Below, one piece after another: positions 62,559 to 64,000 of a stretch of 64,000 nucleotides of DNA. The DNA lies in NCBI GenBank assembly GCA_046483495.1, contig JAWODC010000070.1:32001-96000 (forward strand). The letters run 5' to 3'. This DNA is from Desulfobacterales bacterium (GTDB lineage Bacteria; Desulfobacterota; Desulfobacteria; Desulfobacterales; UBA5616). Below the pieces are notes generated by a model that was not told where the DNA came from, searched no databases, and saw only the letters and a program-made list of their open reading frames with translations. Positions within the stretch are counted from its first letter, which is position 1, and each line of letters begins with the position of its first letter. A program made the position numbers and the translations under genes.

Positions 62559-64000
62559 ATGACTTGCTTACGCAAATTCTGGCGGATACTGCTATGCATA
62601 CTGATGCCGATGTTTGCCGGACCGGCATGGGCTCTTGTGAACTACGAAGCCGGCCAACTGGAACTGAACGGTATTTTACTGCTCCAGGATGCCGGGGATC
62701 CCGATGTTTATTATTATCTGCCGCCCGCCCCCCGGGTGTCTGAAAGAAAAGACGGTGGACTCGAGCTCTCCCTGGTGAAATTCATCGACCCAAAAGGGGA
62801 CACCAGCGGCGGACTTCTGCATATGCTGGTGACGTTTACGCTGCCGGAAGATGAACTGAAGAATCTTCGGGAAGCATTGAAACAGGAAAACGGTAAAGCG
62901 CGCATCGCCGGACCGATTCCGCTGCACCAGGACGAAGAAGGCAGCTTTACGATTATTTCCGGATCGTTGTCGGACAAGGGATTTACCCGGAGTCTCATCA
63001 GCAGCGGCCGGGCACCGGTAACCCCGGGTTCGAAGGCTGCCGTGGCGGCGACACTGAGCCCCCATGGGGCGACCCTGTTGTGGGAATCGCTGTCCAAACC
63101 CACTTCGGATGTTTCAGTGGCCCTGCGAACCTATTATGAAGCGGTTCTGCCGTCTTTTCAGGCCAAAATAAGCGCCGAAATCAGTACGGTTTACGAGCAT
63201 TTTTCCCGGGTGAAAAATCGACAGGAAAATTATACCAAGCGCCAGCTCAGGGACATCATGGATGAACTTGTCAGAGAAGGCGTTATTCATGTGGAGATTT
63301 TTGACCGGCTTCCCGAGGATGCGGCCGCCAAGGCCATGCAAAACCTGGTTGATCTGGCAACCACAAAATTAACGGAAATCATTTTCGATCAGCAAACCGG
63401 GTTTACGGCCATTCCGGAAAAGGAGCAGGCCGTGGAGTCCGGACAAATCGCCGGCCGACAGAAAAAAGGATGGCTGGCAAGGCTGTTTACGAGTTCCGGC
63501 AACCAGAAATACTACACAGACAATCAGTACGTTCTAAAAGAGCGCTCCGACGTCAACAGGGCCGTATTTCATATCAATTTAACCCGCCGCGCCGTGGTGA
63601 AGGTGCCGATGGATACGGCGGGAAACATTTCAGGGCTTTACCGCGAATTTAGAGAAAATCCGGAAATGTTTCGGGTGGTGAACCTTGCCGACCCGGCTTT
63701 CCAAAAAAGGGAAGTCTATTTCCACATCGACGGTGATTTCTCCGGTGTGTTCGAGGACATGATGAACTACGCCGGTGTTTCCATTTTGAAAACCTATAAC
63801 GATCATGAGGATGCCACCGGAGAACTGATTTTTACCCGGGAAGATATTCGGGAAGGAAGATTGAGCAAATCCTGGCGATATGCAAGACTGGGTGAGAAGG
63901 ACGACGCCTGGCTCGATTACGGGTATCGCACCACGTGGAGCCTGCAGGGCCGCAACCGTATCACGTATCCGAAAAAAGAAGGCGAATGGATAAAAAGCGG
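62559..64000 (+). CDS. Secreted protein, paralogue 4 (runs off window; absent from ORF track)
   Basis: RBS aaggagg, ATG at 62559, signal peptide ending AWA; manual translation is open to the window end with YYYLPPAPRV, GGLLHMLV, GATLLWES and DPAFQKRE. Confidence 0.85.
   Translation, partial: MTCLRKFWRILLCILMPMFAGPAWALVNYEAGQLELNGILLLQDAGDPDVYYYLPPAPRVSERKDGGLELSLVKFIDPKGDTSGGLLHMLVTFTLPEDELKNLREALKQENGKARIAGPIPLHQDEEGSFTIISGSLSDKGFTRSLISSGRAPVTPGSKAAVAATLSPHGATLLWESLSKPTSDVSVALRTYYEAVLPSFQAKISAEISTVYEHFSRVKNRQENYTKRQLRDIMDELVREGVIHVEIFDRLPEDAAAKAMQNLVDLATTKLTEIIFDQQTGFTAIPEKEQAVESGQIAGRQKKGWLARLFTSSGNQKYYTDNQYVLKERSDVNRAVFHINLTRRAVVKVPMDTAGNISGLYREFRENPEMFRVVNLADPAFQKREVYFHIDGDFSGVFEDMMNYAGVSILKTYNDHEDATGELIFTREDIREGRLSKSWRYARLGEKDDAWLDYGYRTTWSLQGRNRITYPKKEGEWIKS

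Overview
This looks like an origin-proximal chromosomal segment of an anaerobic deltaproteobacterium, probably Desulfobacterales-like. That is inferred from gene content: a yidC-jag-mnmE block followed by a perfect parS site, homodimeric PFOR, class I fumarase, Na+-translocating decarboxylase subunits and many acyl-CoA enzymes. Most of the window is housekeeping or catabolic. Several things are missed by the ORF track. (i) Two genes read through an in-frame UGA as selenocysteine (selD, and a UxxC peroxiredoxin-like protein); their putative SECIS hairpins have identical geometry. (ii) A MITE-like repeat family has at least 4 near-complete copies, one with a perfect 6-bp target-site duplication. 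(iii) An ilvD-like pseudogene has lost its middle. (iv) A 54-aa Zn-ribbon ORF and a LexA/CI-like repressor gene each carry the same palindromic box at the same distance upstream of the start codon. (v) There are candidate TetR and Zur operators. The best candidate for an undescribed system is the right end (55.6 kb to beyond 64 kb). It is an operon of at least five signal-peptide proteins, four of which are divergent paralogues sharing a core I cannot assign to a named family. It may encode a secreted hetero-oligomeric complex. I saw no rRNA, tRNA, CRISPR array or intact transposase/integrase. All family assignments come from motif recognition by eye, not database searches.
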